From positions 34,586 to 98,585 of IMG/VR virus record IMGVR_UViG_3300032286_000363: a stretch of DNA of 64,000 nucleotides. The stretch is one strand, 5' to 3'. A program made the position numbers and the translations under genes. The stretch is from a virus. Its lineage: Duplodnaviria; Heunggongvirae; Uroviricota; Caudoviricetes. The number at the start of each line of letters is the position of its first letter. Position 1 is the first letter of the stretch. Shown one piece after another: positions 21,647-31,732 of this stretch. Below the pieces are notes generated by a model, which had not been told where the DNA came from, did no database searches, and was given only the letters and a program-made list of their open reading frames with translations.

Positions 21647-23092
21647 TTATACATTTCTAAATTCAACATTGCCAACAACTCTTGTTGGAAAATTACTTAT
21701 ATGAGTGTTAAAAGAAATATTGCTCCAAAGAGCTGGAATAGCTGGACTAGTTACATTTACTAATTGCGCTAGACCAAAAGTAGCTGTAGGGCCCATAACT
21801 TCTGTATTTAAAGTGGTATTGAACCATCTTGTTTTAGTGGTATTACCACTTGCAGGATATGCCACCCATAAAAATGCTTCAACACTATTGTTATATGGAA
21901 TTGAGATTGTTCCACTTGCAGGAAGTATTATTTTGTTTGCAGTTCCTCCTAATATAGCAGATGCAATTTGAGTGGGATTAAGTTGTGTACTAGATGTTCC
22001 CCAGAAGATTGGATAAAGACCATTGAATGTTACAGAAGAACTTGATGTACTGCTAGCAGCCTGTGGTGTATTTACAGTGGTTCCAGCAGTTCTAGTATCA
22101 AGTGTACCATCACTTTTAAATTTAGGAAGACCAGCACCATAAGATCCTGTAAACTGATATGAAACAGTAGAGATTGCTTGTCCAGTTGTTGGAATAGGTA
22201 TGGTAAGAGAATTTGTATATTCAGTAGTAGTATATGATTTATTAGGACTATTAGGATCTAGAAATCCAAACTCAGATCCAAACTCTGAAAGTGTGCGCTC
22301 TTCAAGAATTGTATATGTTGTTGGAGAATTAGCACCACCATTTATAGACTTAAGCAAAGTCATAGAAGTGAATGCTCCAGCATCCCATCTAGTTCCTACA
22401 CCTGTTGCAGCAACATTAACTGTAGTACCAATCTCAAAAAATCCAGAAGATGATGGTGTTAAAGTCATTGTAACTGTAGGAACAATGTATGTAGGAAGTC
22501 TTAATGGAAACAATATAGCATCTAACACTTGCACTAACGTAAGCTGTTTCCAGTTAGCGGCTGTATTAGGTGCAGCACCACCTACTTGAACAGATGTTAT
22601 AGAATCACCTATAAGTGTGTTATATAATGTAGAAAGATTTGTTTGTCCTGGATTTGTCCATACAAGTCCTACATTATTCTGCAAAGTGATTTGTTGACCT
22701 AATGCAGTGGGTGCAACCTTTCTAACAATTCCTGTTGATGTTTGCGTAAGTATAAAATCAGGAGTGGTTACTTCTGTAGGAAGGTTAGTTACAAATAATG
22801 AATTACCATTGGTGTTAATAGTTGTGTTCTCTATTAATTGACCACCAAGTTTAATATTATTACCAGTTTTAGTAAGACCATTGTTTGCAGTGATGCTACC
22901 TGCTGAAATATTTGCAATAGCAGCATCCACCTTTTGAAAAGCTACACAAAGATTATTAAGATTGTCTATTCCTGTATTAGGAAGAGCTGGACCATAATAT
23001 AAAACCCCTTCACAGCTAGAACTATTAGCAGCGATGCAAGGATCTGCATTTGTAGTGTTATTATAACAGGGAGTTCCTGGATGACATGACAT
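21647..23092 (-). CDS. Tail fibre protein (481 aa) with a Cys-rich N-terminus
   Basis: MSCHPGTPCYNN... N-terminus is paralogous to the 23111..24196 gene. Carries the NGLTKTGNNIKLGGQL motif shared with the 17681 fibre. Confidence 0.6.
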   Translation of the reverse strand: MSCHPGTPCYNNTTNADPCIAANSSSCEGVLYYGPALPNTGIDNLNNLCVAFQKVDAAIANISAGSITANNGLTKTGNNIKLGGQLIENTTINTNGNSLFVTNLPTEVTTPDFILTQTSTGIVRKVAPTALGQQITLQNNVGLVWTNPGQTNLSTLYNTLIGDSITSVQVGGAAPNTAANWKQLTLVQVLDAILFPLRLPTYIVPTVTMTLTPSSSGFFEIGTTVNVAATGVGTRWDAGAFTSMTLLKSINGGANSPTTYTILEERTLSEFGSEFGFLDPNSPNKSYTTTEYTNSLTIPIPTTGQAISTVSYQFTGSYGAGLPKFKSDGTLDTRTAGTTVNTPQAASSTSSSSVTFNGLYPIFWGTSSTQLNPTQIASAILGGTANKIILPASGTISIPYNNSVEAFLWVAYPASGNTTKTRWFNTTLNTEVMGPTATFGLAQLVNVTSPAIPALWSNISFNTHISNFPTRVVGNVEFRNV

Positions 23093-23110
23093 GTGTTAAT
23101 TATTTAAAGA

Positions 23111-24196
23111 TTAAGGGATATACATTATGTAAAAACAACCAATTCCAGGTTGAAAATTTGGATGTGCGGAAGATCCTCCTGTACTAGCATTTGTTACTGA
23201 TACAGCAAGAGTGACATCTCCTGTAACAAATGTTCCAGAACCACTCTTCATAGTTTTTTGTTGATCACTTGCTCCTGTGCCTGTAGCATTTGCTCCACTA
23301 TTATTCAATGTATGATTGTGTGGGTTTGGAGTGACAGTTGCTACAGCAGCATGTGTATGCGTAGGCATTTGACTTTCAATCAATATAATATTGTTTGAAC
23401 CAGCTGTAGAAGAAACTGAATAATTTGGATTATTATTATTAGGATCTACTACAGGAGACATAGCTACTGTACCATTCATTCCTGATGTAACACCAACAGC
23501 CACTCTACCTCTAAGATCAGGTGTACCATTACTACCATTACATAAATATATTTTTTCCCAAATACTTCCTATAATACCAGCACCTGTATTATCAAATTTA
23601 CCTGATATGTTACTTTCAAAATATGGAACAGCTACATAAGGAACCATCTTACTAGATATGTTATTTGGAGGAGCAGCTTGAGCTAAATAATTTGCAATGT
23701 ATGTATTTATATCAGAGATGCGAACATAATTAGTGGTTACATCAATAGATAGAGAACAAAGATTTGTAATTACAGCTTGAAGTATATTGTGGGTTCCTGA
23801 AGAAGGAGTTACACCTGTTAGGCAGTTTATTACATAATCTGCTTCTATTGTATTGATTCTTGTGGTTTGTGTAGCAATAGATGTTGCATTTGCTGTCACT
23901 TGTAATTGAAGATCGCAAGCTGCTTTCACTAATGTTTCAAATAATACATTAGCTGTAATATCTCCACACGTAGGAAGATACTTTGTAACCACTGCACAAT
24001 AAGAGGCTTGAGGAATAGTGATTACAATCCCAGAACCATCTATTGTAGAAACTAAAAACCCTATCAATGTTTGTTCAACATATGATAGAGAATCTCCATT
24101 TTTAATACCTAAAACAGGAATATCAACTCCTGTATATCTTACGCATTGATCAGAAACTATTTCTGTACAACCATTATAACAATTTGAACAACTCAT
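23111..24196 (-). CDS. Tail fibre protein with a phage tail-collar domain
   Basis: C-terminal GTPDLRGRVAVG...SQMPTHTHA matches the tail-collar (T4 gp12-like) signature. Confidence 0.75.
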   Translation of the reverse strand: MSCSNCYNGCTEIVSDQCVRYTGVDIPVLGIKNGDSLSYVEQTLIGFLVSTIDGSGIVITIPQASYCAVVTKYLPTCGDITANVLFETLVKAACDLQLQVTANATSIATQTTRINTIEADYVINCLTGVTPSSGTHNILQAVITNLCSLSIDVTTNYVRISDINTYIANYLAQAAPPNNISSKMVPYVAVPYFESNISGKFDNTGAGIIGSIWEKIYLCNGSNGTPDLRGRVAVGVTSGMNGTVAMSPVVDPNNNNPNYSVSSTAGSNNIILIESQMPTHTHAAVATVTPNPHNHTLNNSGANATGTGASDQQKTMKSGSGTFVTGDVTLAVSVTNASTGGSSAHPNFQPGIGCFYIMYIP

Positions 24197-24198
24197 TA

Positions 24199-24465
24199 TT
24201 ATCTATTTTTTAAAAGTTTAATTTTACTTCCAATTTGATTCACTGAAAAATTTCCTGCATAGTCGCAATTACATGTTCTATACATAAGTATTCTTTTATA
24301 ATTTAAAAGGTCACTCATCACTTCTCCAGGAAAAGGTTTGTTTAAAGCAAATACAATATTATTATATTGAATGTTTGCAAGCTCTGCAAGCTTGTGATCA
24401 ATGTCACAAAGTAATACAGAAATATTAGAACATTCTACACATTCCGAAAGTCTTGGTGATAACAT
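24199..24465 (-). CDS. Small Cys-containing protein (88 aa)
   Basis: ORF with CVEC...C and CNCD cysteine motifs. Confidence 0.4.
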   Translation of the reverse strand: MLSPRLSECVECSNISVLLCDIDHKLAELANIQYNNIVFALNKPFPGEVMSDLLNYKRILMYRTCNCDYAGNFSVNQIGSKIKLLKNR

Positions 24466-24489
24466 TTTTAAATTTTTATTTATTTAACT

Positions 24490-24582
24490 TTTTAACGACA
24501 TCCTGCACAAAGACCATTTACTAATTGACAAGCAGGTAACATTGCTGTACAATTTCTACATTTAGTTGATTGACATCCCATA
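24490..24582 (-). CDS. Possible 30-aa Cys-rich mini-protein (MGCQSTKCRNCTAMLPACQLVNGLCAGCR)
   Basis: Hand-translated small ORF in the 24466-24582 intergenic gap, with 7 Cys in 29 residues. Below the ORF-track size cutoff. Confidence 0.25.
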
Positions 24583-25143
24583 TTAATTAAAGTTTACAAT
24601 GTAATTGTTCCCAGAACATCTACATCCATTTTTAATAAAATTATCAAGCATTTTCTTTGCTTGGTTATAAAGTTTGTTAGATTCTATTACAGCACAATTA
24701 TTAGCAGCTGCAATAGATCCTTGTATAAAGTAATATATACTATTTAATTCCACCTTAGCTTGTGTCTTGATAGCTCTATCACATTCCATAAGATCAAGTC
24801 TCATGAATGCGTTATCAAACTTCTCTTGAAGTTGGTCTGTACGCATTATTGATTTCTCAACAAAGTTTTCAAATGCAGGGGCTATAGAATATTTTAAAAA
24901 ATACACACCATCTGGTAGAGGTAGTTCTGCATCTGTGGGAGAAGTTATTCCTAAAGAAGCAGAATTGAATATGTTTGTTGTATTGATGTTGAATGGTAGG
25001 TTTACAAAACCAAATCCTCCAGGAATAGTGATTTCAATATTCGGTGCTGAAGGAGTTGTTGCATATGTAGATATGTCCTTAACAGACAAGATTCTACTAT
25101 CATATGTAGGAACTACCAGTATATTTAAATTAAGAGATGCCAT
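24583..25143 (-). CDS. Hypothetical structural protein (186 aa)
   Basis: ORF. Confidence 0.45.
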   Translation of the reverse strand: MASLNLNILVVPTYDSRILSVKDISTYATTPSAPNIEITIPGGFGFVNLPFNINTTNIFNSASLGITSPTDAELPLPDGVYFLKYSIAPAFENFVEKSIMRTDQLQEKFDNAFMRLDLMECDRAIKTQAKVELNSIYYFIQGSIAAANNCAVIESNKLYNQAKKMLDNFIKNGCRCSGNNYIVNFN

Positions 25144-25228
25144 ATTATTTAAAATAAATATGCCAGAGGATTTTGAGATTATCCTCTCTTTCCCCTGGCA
25201 TAGGTTATATGATTTCTATTCTTTTCTA

Positions 25229-26398
25229 CTAAGGAATCTTAGTTGTTGTTGTTGTTGTTAAAGAAGTGCTACTAGTTGTAGTACTTGTAGTAACTACACA
25301 TGTATTACCACCTGCAAGATCACCTAATGCTGCAGTTAATATTCCTTCTACATCCGTAGTTAACTGACCAGCTGGAACAGCTATGATAACCATTGAATCT
25401 TCTTTGATATAATCACCCCAGCTGTAAGCTGATTTGTCATACTCATTGAACTTGATGTAGTATGTGTTATATGTAACACCATCTTCAACAAATGATTCAA
25501 AGTTCTCATTATAACCAGCCATTCTGTATAAATGCTTCAAATATCCAGCTTGGTAGCTATAATAGTTTTTCTCTAATTGTCTCACCTCAACATCTTGACC
25601 AGTTGCATAAGAAGAACGTTGAGTGACTGTAGCTGTAGCAACAATGTTACAGTTATCAGCAACAATGAAGTCAGCAGTTGTAGCAGGACCTGAGTAAACA
25701 AATGTACGGAAATACATTCTGTCATATTCTTGAGGGAATGCAGCAACATCACATGGTTGAGCATATTTAGTCAATGGTTTACCAGAGATACGTAAGATTG
25801 CAGCTGCATCACTACCAATTCTTTGGAACTGATAGAAAGTGTTAAAGTTGATGTTGTCTGGGTTGATACCAGGAGCTTGTTGAGTTAACTTAGCAATGAA
25901 TGAATCAATCAAAGCAGGAACATCAACAGTAGTACAAGGATCTCCACCACAATCACAACAAGGAGCTTGAACAGTCACTGAACGAGTGAAACCATTGAAG
26001 TACAAAGTGTCAATGTAAGAAGAGTGTGCACGCAATGTTAAAGTTACAGTGTCACCACATTTTACATTCCAGCCAGTAACATCAGTTACTTGAGTGGCAG
26101 CAGTAGGACAACCTGCAACAGCATACCATTCTGTAACGTTAGTCTGACCTGTGTTATCTACACCACAAATCTTATCAGATCTTTTAGATCCTTGAAGATA
26201 GGTGTTTTTTCTACCTTGAGCAACATAGAAATAAGGAGCAGTAACAATATTACCAGAATTTAATACTGCGTAAGGACCACTTACAGTTTGACCGAAGAAA
26301 CCAATTTGGCCTTCAGTTAAGTTTTGTGTAGAACCAGAACTAGCAATTGTTTTGCCACTGGGAACTACAAAGAGGGTAGTTAATGAAAAATCAGCCAT
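25229..26398 (-). CDS. Abundant virion structural protein, possibly the major tail or a capsid decoration protein, with a C-terminal Thr/Ser tail
   Basis: Codon usage shifts to a CGT/GGT/GCT/ACT-rich set typical of highly expressed genes. Ends ...VVTTSTTTSSTSLTTTTTTKIP. Confidence 0.5.
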   Translation of the reverse strand: MADFSLTTLFVVPSGKTIASSGSTQNLTEGQIGFFGQTVSGPYAVLNSGNIVTAPYFYVAQGRKNTYLQGSKRSDKICGVDNTGQTNVTEWYAVAGCPTAATQVTDVTGWNVKCGDTVTLTLRAHSSYIDTLYFNGFTRSVTVQAPCCDCGGDPCTTVDVPALIDSFIAKLTQQAPGINPDNINFNTFYQFQRIGSDAAAILRISGKPLTKYAQPCDVAAFPQEYDRMYFRTFVYSGPATTADFIVADNCNIVATATVTQRSSYATGQDVEVRQLEKNYYSYQAGYLKHLYRMAGYNENFESFVEDGVTYNTYYIKFNEYDKSAYSWGDYIKEDSMVIIAVPAGQLTTDVEGILTAALGDLAGGNTCVVTTSTTTSSTSLTTTTTTKIP

Positions 26399-26425
26399 TT
26401 TATTTTATTTTAATTGTTAAAAAAC

Positions 26426-27157
26426 TTATTCATTTGTTTGTATTCTCATTGCAGCACTTTGAGCAGCTGCTTGGTTTTCTGTGTACATCGCAAGATTTTG
26501 TACTGTAAGATCTAAAAGTTCATCTTCCAAATATGTCTCAAGTTCACAATCTTGATTTGTAGAATCTGTTCCGTCAAACTTTATATATCCTTCTTTATCA
26601 ATATAGACAGGATAGCGCATGTAACTTATATATATTTCAGTGGGAGTAAATGTTCCATCTGTAAACACTGAAATTTCATCAGAAGAAATGAAGTTAAACG
26701 TTTCTTGGTATTCAAAAGATGGCTTGTAATGATCGTTGTTTAATATAAACTGAAGATCACCATGTTTAGCAAGATCACGATTAATCCAAATCTTTCTATT
26801 CTTACATCTTCCTTTGTTTGCCAATATATATGAATCTACGTAGAACATATATTTAGGAACAAGTTTATGAATGTTTGCCATCCATTGATTTAGTTCCTTA
26901 TTTTTTATTGACAATGATAATTTTCCATCAACGTAATTCACAACAAGGCTTTGAAGATCTTCGTAACGCTTTTTAAAAGAATCAAGACCAAGACCACTCA
27001 ATGTACTAAACCCATCAATCTTTTGCTTAATCAATTTAATTTGGGCCTCATTAAGAGCTAAAATCTTATCTTCTAATTGAATCTGTTGATGATCGTTAGT
27101 GGATAGTTTATTTAGTCTTTGATCTATTTTATACAATAAACTATCTACTGGTATCAT
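26426..27157 (-). CDS. Hypothetical head/tail morphogenesis protein (243 aa)
   Basis: ORF. Confidence 0.45.
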   Translation of the reverse strand: MIPVDSLLYKIDQRLNKLSTNDHQQIQLEDKILALNEAQIKLIKQKIDGFSTLSGLGLDSFKKRYEDLQSLVVNYVDGKLSLSIKNKELNQWMANIHKLVPKYMFYVDSYILANKGRCKNRKIWINRDLAKHGDLQFILNNDHYKPSFEYQETFNFISSDEISVFTDGTFTPTEIYISYMRYPVYIDKEGYIKFDGTDSTNQDCELETYLEDELLDLTVQNLAMYTENQAAAQSAAMRIQTNE

Positions 27158-28122
27158 ACTGAAGCTAGTTTCTTAGTTTTTAATTTTTGTTCCAAAGTGA
27201 TTAGTTCATCCTGGTTATCATCATCAGCTAAGAATTTGATTAATTCATCTTCATCTTTTGCTATTTCAAATTCTCCTTCATAAACCTTGCCTGTTGGCTT
27301 CACTCTATATATTGAATGTGATATTGCTTGTTTAACAACGTCTTTAATATGGAGCAGATTTTCCTTCATATCAGCAAATCTATTGAACACTTCTACAGGG
27401 TTAAGTCCTTGGTATTTACCAGCTTTGAACTCTGTTTGTTTCAACATGTTATCAACTTGATTGTAAACAGATTCTTCTTTTGTTTCCTCTGTTACAGGAA
27501 GTCCTAATAATCTAGCAACTTTCTTTTTCTTCTCAGGAGTCATTGAATCAAACTTAACAATAGCTTTATTGATAAGTTGTTTCTTTTTAAACACCACTGC
27601 ATTTTCAATTTCATCATCAGCTACATAAAATTGTGTATCTGCTGCAAACTCACCTCTTTCCCATGCTTGATATGAAGAAGCAATTGTTGGATGAACTCTT
27701 AACCAAGAGAATGCTAATTCCTGAAAAGGAACGTTAAGATCAAAGAAATTATCACCATCTAATAATTTAACAGCTTGTACATGTAATGTATCTTCTGTAG
27801 AGGTTGATAGTCCGTAATTCCAAAAAGAAGAGCGTGGTCCTAAGTTCACATCTCCTAATGCTGATTCAAGTTTTGCTTTAAGTGCTGTTACACGTTCAAT
27901 TTCTATTTCCTTTTCTAAAGGATCTTGAATTCTTTTAATGTAAGAAGCATTTGGATCAAGTCCTGTTCTATACTGTCCATCAAGTTCTTTGTAAGGATAC
28001 TTGAAAACACCTGTACCAGGAATTCTTGTTAAGCCTTTGGTAGATAAACCACCTTGCATTGTTTGTAACTGAGAGTTGTTATACTCTTTCTTTAACGTAG
28101 AAATTTTGCCTATTCTGCCCAT
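27154..28122 (-). CDS. Hypothetical head/tail morphogenesis protein (322 aa)
   Basis: ORF. Confidence 0.45.
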   Translation of the reverse strand: MGRIGKISTLKKEYNNSQLQTMQGGLSTKGLTRIPGTGVFKYPYKELDGQYRTGLDPNASYIKRIQDPLEKEIEIERVTALKAKLESALGDVNLGPRSSFWNYGLSTSTEDTLHVQAVKLLDGDNFFDLNVPFQELAFSWLRVHPTIASSYQAWERGEFAADTQFYVADDEIENAVVFKKKQLINKAIVKFDSMTPEKKKKVARLLGLPVTEETKEESVYNQVDNMLKQTEFKAGKYQGLNPVEVFNRFADMKENLLHIKDVVKQAISHSIYRVKPTGKVYEGEFEIAKDEDELIKFLADDDNQDELITLEQKLKTKKLASV

Positions 28123-28132
28123 AAATGTAGTT

Positions 28133-28588
28133 TTATTTTATAATTATTGGTTTATTGTATCTTTCTTTTGTTACTATTCTGTGACAATTTGCACATCTAA
28201 CTTCACATTTATCAATCTCTTCACTTAACTTTTTTAAACTCCAAGTTCTTTTGATAGCATGTGATACATTTATTAATTTTTTACCTCTCACATGATCAAA
28301 TTCAAGAACTCTTATATCAGAATTTCCACAATCAACACAAGGATGTGTACTTAAATAATCTGTTACAAATGTTCTATTTCTTTCTTTTAATTTTTTACTA
28401 TCTGAATAAGCCTTACCACTTTCTCTTTTTTGCTTCCCTCTTACTAACTCTCTTTCTCTTTCAGAACTAATAGTATTATAAGAAATTGTTGACATAGAAC
28501 AGTTTAGTATTTTACAGATATCTTTATACGTCATTCCTTGTTCTCTTAATTCTAAAATACTATCTTTATAGACCGACTGTCTGCCCAT
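28133..28588 (-). CDS. HNH homing endonuclease with an N-terminal HTH
   Basis: CVDCG...LEFDHV...CANCHR HNH motif. Inserted between the capsid gene and downstream structural genes. Confidence 0.8.
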   Translation of the reverse strand: MGRQSVYKDSILELREQGMTYKDICKILNCSMSTISYNTISSERERELVRGKQKRESGKAYSDSKKLKERNRTFVTDYLSTHPCVDCGNSDIRVLEFDHVRGKKLINVSHAIKRTWSLKKLSEEIDKCEVRCANCHRIVTKERYNKPIIIK

Positions 28589-28686
28589 ATGTAGTTGTTT
28601 TTTATTGGTTTAATTTGCAGAGAAATAAACATCGAAGTTTTAGCAACTGGGAATTCCCCAATCCAAATCTCTGTATTTTAAGAAGA

Positions 28687-28709
28687 TTCTCCCAGCTTGG
28701 AGTGCTGGG
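28687..28709 (-). terminator. Hairpin terminator candidate downstream of the capsid gene
   Basis: Perfect 8-bp palindrome CTCCCAGC/GCTGGGAG with a 7-nt loop, followed on the minus strand by a U-rich tract. Confidence 0.4.
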
Positions 28710-28777
28710 AGGAATCATCTTGGTAGGGTAAAAAGATCCAAATGCTGATCTTACGGTAAGCAACAGGGATACTGTTA

Positions 28778-30331
28778 TTAGAATTGTGGAATCTCTTCAA
28801 TCAAAACTGTACGTGATAAATCTTCAATGAACACATCGCAACGATCTTTCATCCAGATTTCGTATCCTGGGAATTTGTTTGCAGAACTCATACCTTGAGA
28901 CTTAGCAAAACCTAAGTGGTGACGAGTACCATCAATATAACCCCAAGTCATAGAAGGAGCACCTTTCATTCTCACTTCTCTGATGTTGTTAACCATTGAA
29001 CCATCGCTCATTGGAGATACATCAAATACCATGAATACTGGTGTAGACTTCTTGTTTTGACCGAATTCCAAGTTTGTTTGTGGAAGATCTAATTCTTTCA
29101 AGTGAATTAATTCAACACGTCCAGTCTCACGAGTAACCATTGCATCGAATGCAAAGTTGTAAGTGATGTGTTGTCCTTCTCCTTGCATGTAACGATTTCC
29201 AGAATCAGCCATGAAAGTCAAACCACTGTTTAAAGCATCAGCCTTCAAAGCTTGTTGGAATACATCGAATCCAGCTTCATTAGTGTACATTTTAACTTTA
29301 CGATCTTTAACATCCACACGTCTGTAGAAAAGATCTCCAAATACTGAACGAATCAAGTTAGCAGAAAATTCTCCACGATTGTATTGAACTAAGTTACCGT
29401 TATTTCTCATTCTGTGGTAAACACCAGCAGATGTACGCTTTAATTCTTGCTTAGAACCGTTAGTCTTAACAGTACCTGGTTTAGACCAGATCATACGCTT
29501 AACTTTCAATTCTAACATTGACTTACGCATCCAGAACTCAATGAATGGTTCCCACTTAACATCATTACGAGTTAAAGGTAATTGATTTCTACGTTGAGGA
29601 GCATATACTAAGATGTCTAATGGTTTACCAGAAGCATCTCTCATCATTTTGTCATCAGCCCACTCAGTGATTTTGTGCTCATAACCATATGCTGATCCTA
29701 ATGATTCAAACATTGTGATTTGCTCACCTAAACGTGGTAATCCTAATAAGTCTTGATCAAACTCACCGATTGCAGCATCAACCAATTCTAATTCAATACC
29801 TGTTTGTAAGAATGTAGAAGATACGAAATCTATAGTTGGGTTATCAGTCACTAAAGTGAATGAATATAACCATCCCATGTTCCATTGCATTGGATCTTTG
29901 ATTACATAGAAACGAGGACCATACTGACGAGAACCTACAGAAACGATAGCGTTCTTAGAGAACTCATTAGTGTCTAAAACTAATTGGAACTCTTGACCAT
30001 CAATACCTGGCTTATCTAAGTCAGCTGTGTAATCAGGAATGTCAATAATTTTAGGGAATTTGTAAGGAACAGCTACTTGCCATTTCCAAGCATCACTATT
30101 ATTATCAATGTAATAAGGAGTGCTCTTGTTAATCATGTCCAAGAAGTCATTGCTGTACAATGAACTTTGAGTGTAAAGACTGATGATTTTCTTATCGTAA
30201 TCAGCAGGCTCAGTGCTATGGAAGCTCTCTAAGTGATTTGAGTCTGTAAGTTTTCCTACAGCACGCTTATCCATAGAGGCTACTCTTGCGTAAGTAAACC
30301 CAGTTAAACCAGGAATTGTTTGAATTGCCAT
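28778..30331 (-). CDS. Major capsid protein (517 aa)
   Basis: Positioned after the scaffold gene. Has the strongest highly-expressed codon bias in the window (CGT Arg codons). Size is typical of a large MCP. Confidence 0.55.
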   Translation of the reverse strand: MAIQTIPGLTGFTYARVASMDKRAVGKLTDSNHLESFHSTEPADYDKKIISLYTQSSLYSNDFLDMINKSTPYYIDNNSDAWKWQVAVPYKFPKIIDIPDYTADLDKPGIDGQEFQLVLDTNEFSKNAIVSVGSRQYGPRFYVIKDPMQWNMGWLYSFTLVTDNPTIDFVSSTFLQTGIELELVDAAIGEFDQDLLGLPRLGEQITMFESLGSAYGYEHKITEWADDKMMRDASGKPLDILVYAPQRRNQLPLTRNDVKWEPFIEFWMRKSMLELKVKRMIWSKPGTVKTNGSKQELKRTSAGVYHRMRNNGNLVQYNRGEFSANLIRSVFGDLFYRRVDVKDRKVKMYTNEAGFDVFQQALKADALNSGLTFMADSGNRYMQGEGQHITYNFAFDAMVTRETGRVELIHLKELDLPQTNLEFGQNKKSTPVFMVFDVSPMSDGSMVNNIREVRMKGAPSMTWGYIDGTRHHLGFAKSQGMSSANKFPGYEIWMKDRCDVFIEDLSRTVLIEEIPQF

Positions 30332-30363
30332 TTTAGTTATTTTTTAATTATTGTTTAAATTGT

Positions 30364-31611
30364 TTATAAAAACCATGAACTTGAATTCTTAGAACCACCT
30401 GATGATTTTACACCACTCTTACTCACTTGTCTTGCAACCTCACCAAATAATTCATTTGACTTTTTACTAATTCCGTTCTTTTGAATTGTAGAAAGTGTTG
30501 GATCTTTTTCTAGGATTTTTAAAAGAAGAGCAACTTTCACTTTCATTTCGTGGTTCTCAGGTCTTTTTAGTTCTAGAATAGATTTATCAAAATCTGTGAT
30601 GGTTTCACCAGATGTTGTTTTATATTTATCTACTAATAGAAAATCTTGTAGTTCTGCAGCTAATTTTGGATTGATAGGAATGCCATCAAATTCTTTAGCT
30701 TTCACCTTATCCTGAAGAACAGTCTGTACATTCTGTATATACTGATTTCTTATGGCTGCTTTTTGTTGTAATTCTTTTTGAGACTGTTGCTCAAGCTGTT
30801 GTAACTTTGCTGCTTCTTTCTTTACTAAGACTTTGTGATGCTTTGCAGCTACTGTTTCAAGATCACCGTAGTTTTTTAATCTTTCTATTTCTGTTTCAAC
30901 ATCTTCAGCTTCAAATCCTTGATCGTTTAATGCTTGCTTTAAAACAGATATTTGATTACGTTCCTCAGAAAGATCTAATTCAGCAAAACTTGCAATGTTA
31001 TTATATGTACCAAAGTATTCTTTAGGATCAACTCCTTTTACAAATATGGCATCAAATGCTTGTTGATAATCTTCTCCAAACTGTCCAATGAAGTTGTTTA
31101 CCACTTCAATAGCTCCTTTCTTTTTTTCAGCTTGAAATCTTTCAAGGAATTCTTCAGGAGTGGAAATTGTTACATCATCATCTTCTTCATCTTCATCTTT
31201 AGAAAATACACCAAGTTTAAATAAGTCATTTGCCAATGCTCCAAACTTACTAACTTCTGGTTCTTCTTCTTCAGATTCTTCTGTAGCAACAGCTTCTTTC
31301 TTTTCTACTTTCTTTGGAGATTCTTCTTCCTCTTCCTCATCATCATCTTCTCCTAATAAGAAATCTTGAATAGATGTTTCTTCTTTCTTTTCAGGAGCCT
31401 CTTCCATAGTTTCACCTGCAGATTTAGCTTTCTTAGGAGCTTCTTTTGCAATAGGTTCTTCAGTGGTGATTTCTTTAATGTCATCAGGACTACTAGAAGC
31501 AGTGTCTGGAGACATAAGATCGTTTAAAAGTTCAGCATTTCCCATTCCCATTTCCATGGTGTTTTCAATACCGAAATTGCCAAATGATTGGTTATCGTAA
31601 TTTTCAGCCAT
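30364..31611 (-). CDS. Acidic scaffolding-like protein (415 aa)
   Basis: Poly-Glu/Asp tracts (DDDEEEEEES, ESEEEEPE) and Q-rich coiled coil. Lies between the portal and capsid genes. Confidence 0.45.
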   Translation of the reverse strand: MAENYDNQSFGNFGIENTMEMGMGNAELLNDLMSPDTASSSPDDIKEITTEEPIAKEAPKKAKSAGETMEEAPEKKEETSIQDFLLGEDDDEEEEEESPKKVEKKEAVATEESEEEEPEVSKFGALANDLFKLGVFSKDEDEEDDDVTISTPEEFLERFQAEKKKGAIEVVNNFIGQFGEDYQQAFDAIFVKGVDPKEYFGTYNNIASFAELDLSEERNQISVLKQALNDQGFEAEDVETEIERLKNYGDLETVAAKHHKVLVKKEAAKLQQLEQQSQKELQQKAAIRNQYIQNVQTVLQDKVKAKEFDGIPINPKLAAELQDFLLVDKYKTTSGETITDFDKSILELKRPENHEMKVKVALLLKILEKDPTLSTIQKNGISKKSNELFGEVARQVSKSGVKSSGGSKNSSSWFL

Positions 31612-31732
31612 AATGTAGTTGTGTTTATTTTGGTTTTATAATGTAAATGTATATTAAAGCTAAATACCAACAAAGAGATATAACACTATATAAATCAATT
31701 TTTTGGTTAATATAGCATTAATGTGTTTTCAT

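Noticed and set aside
31612-31732. A Bacteroidetes-type -7/-33 promoter (TAnnTTTG) for the scaffold-capsid genes.
   Set aside because: No clean match could be found by eye on the minus strand, so it was not reported.
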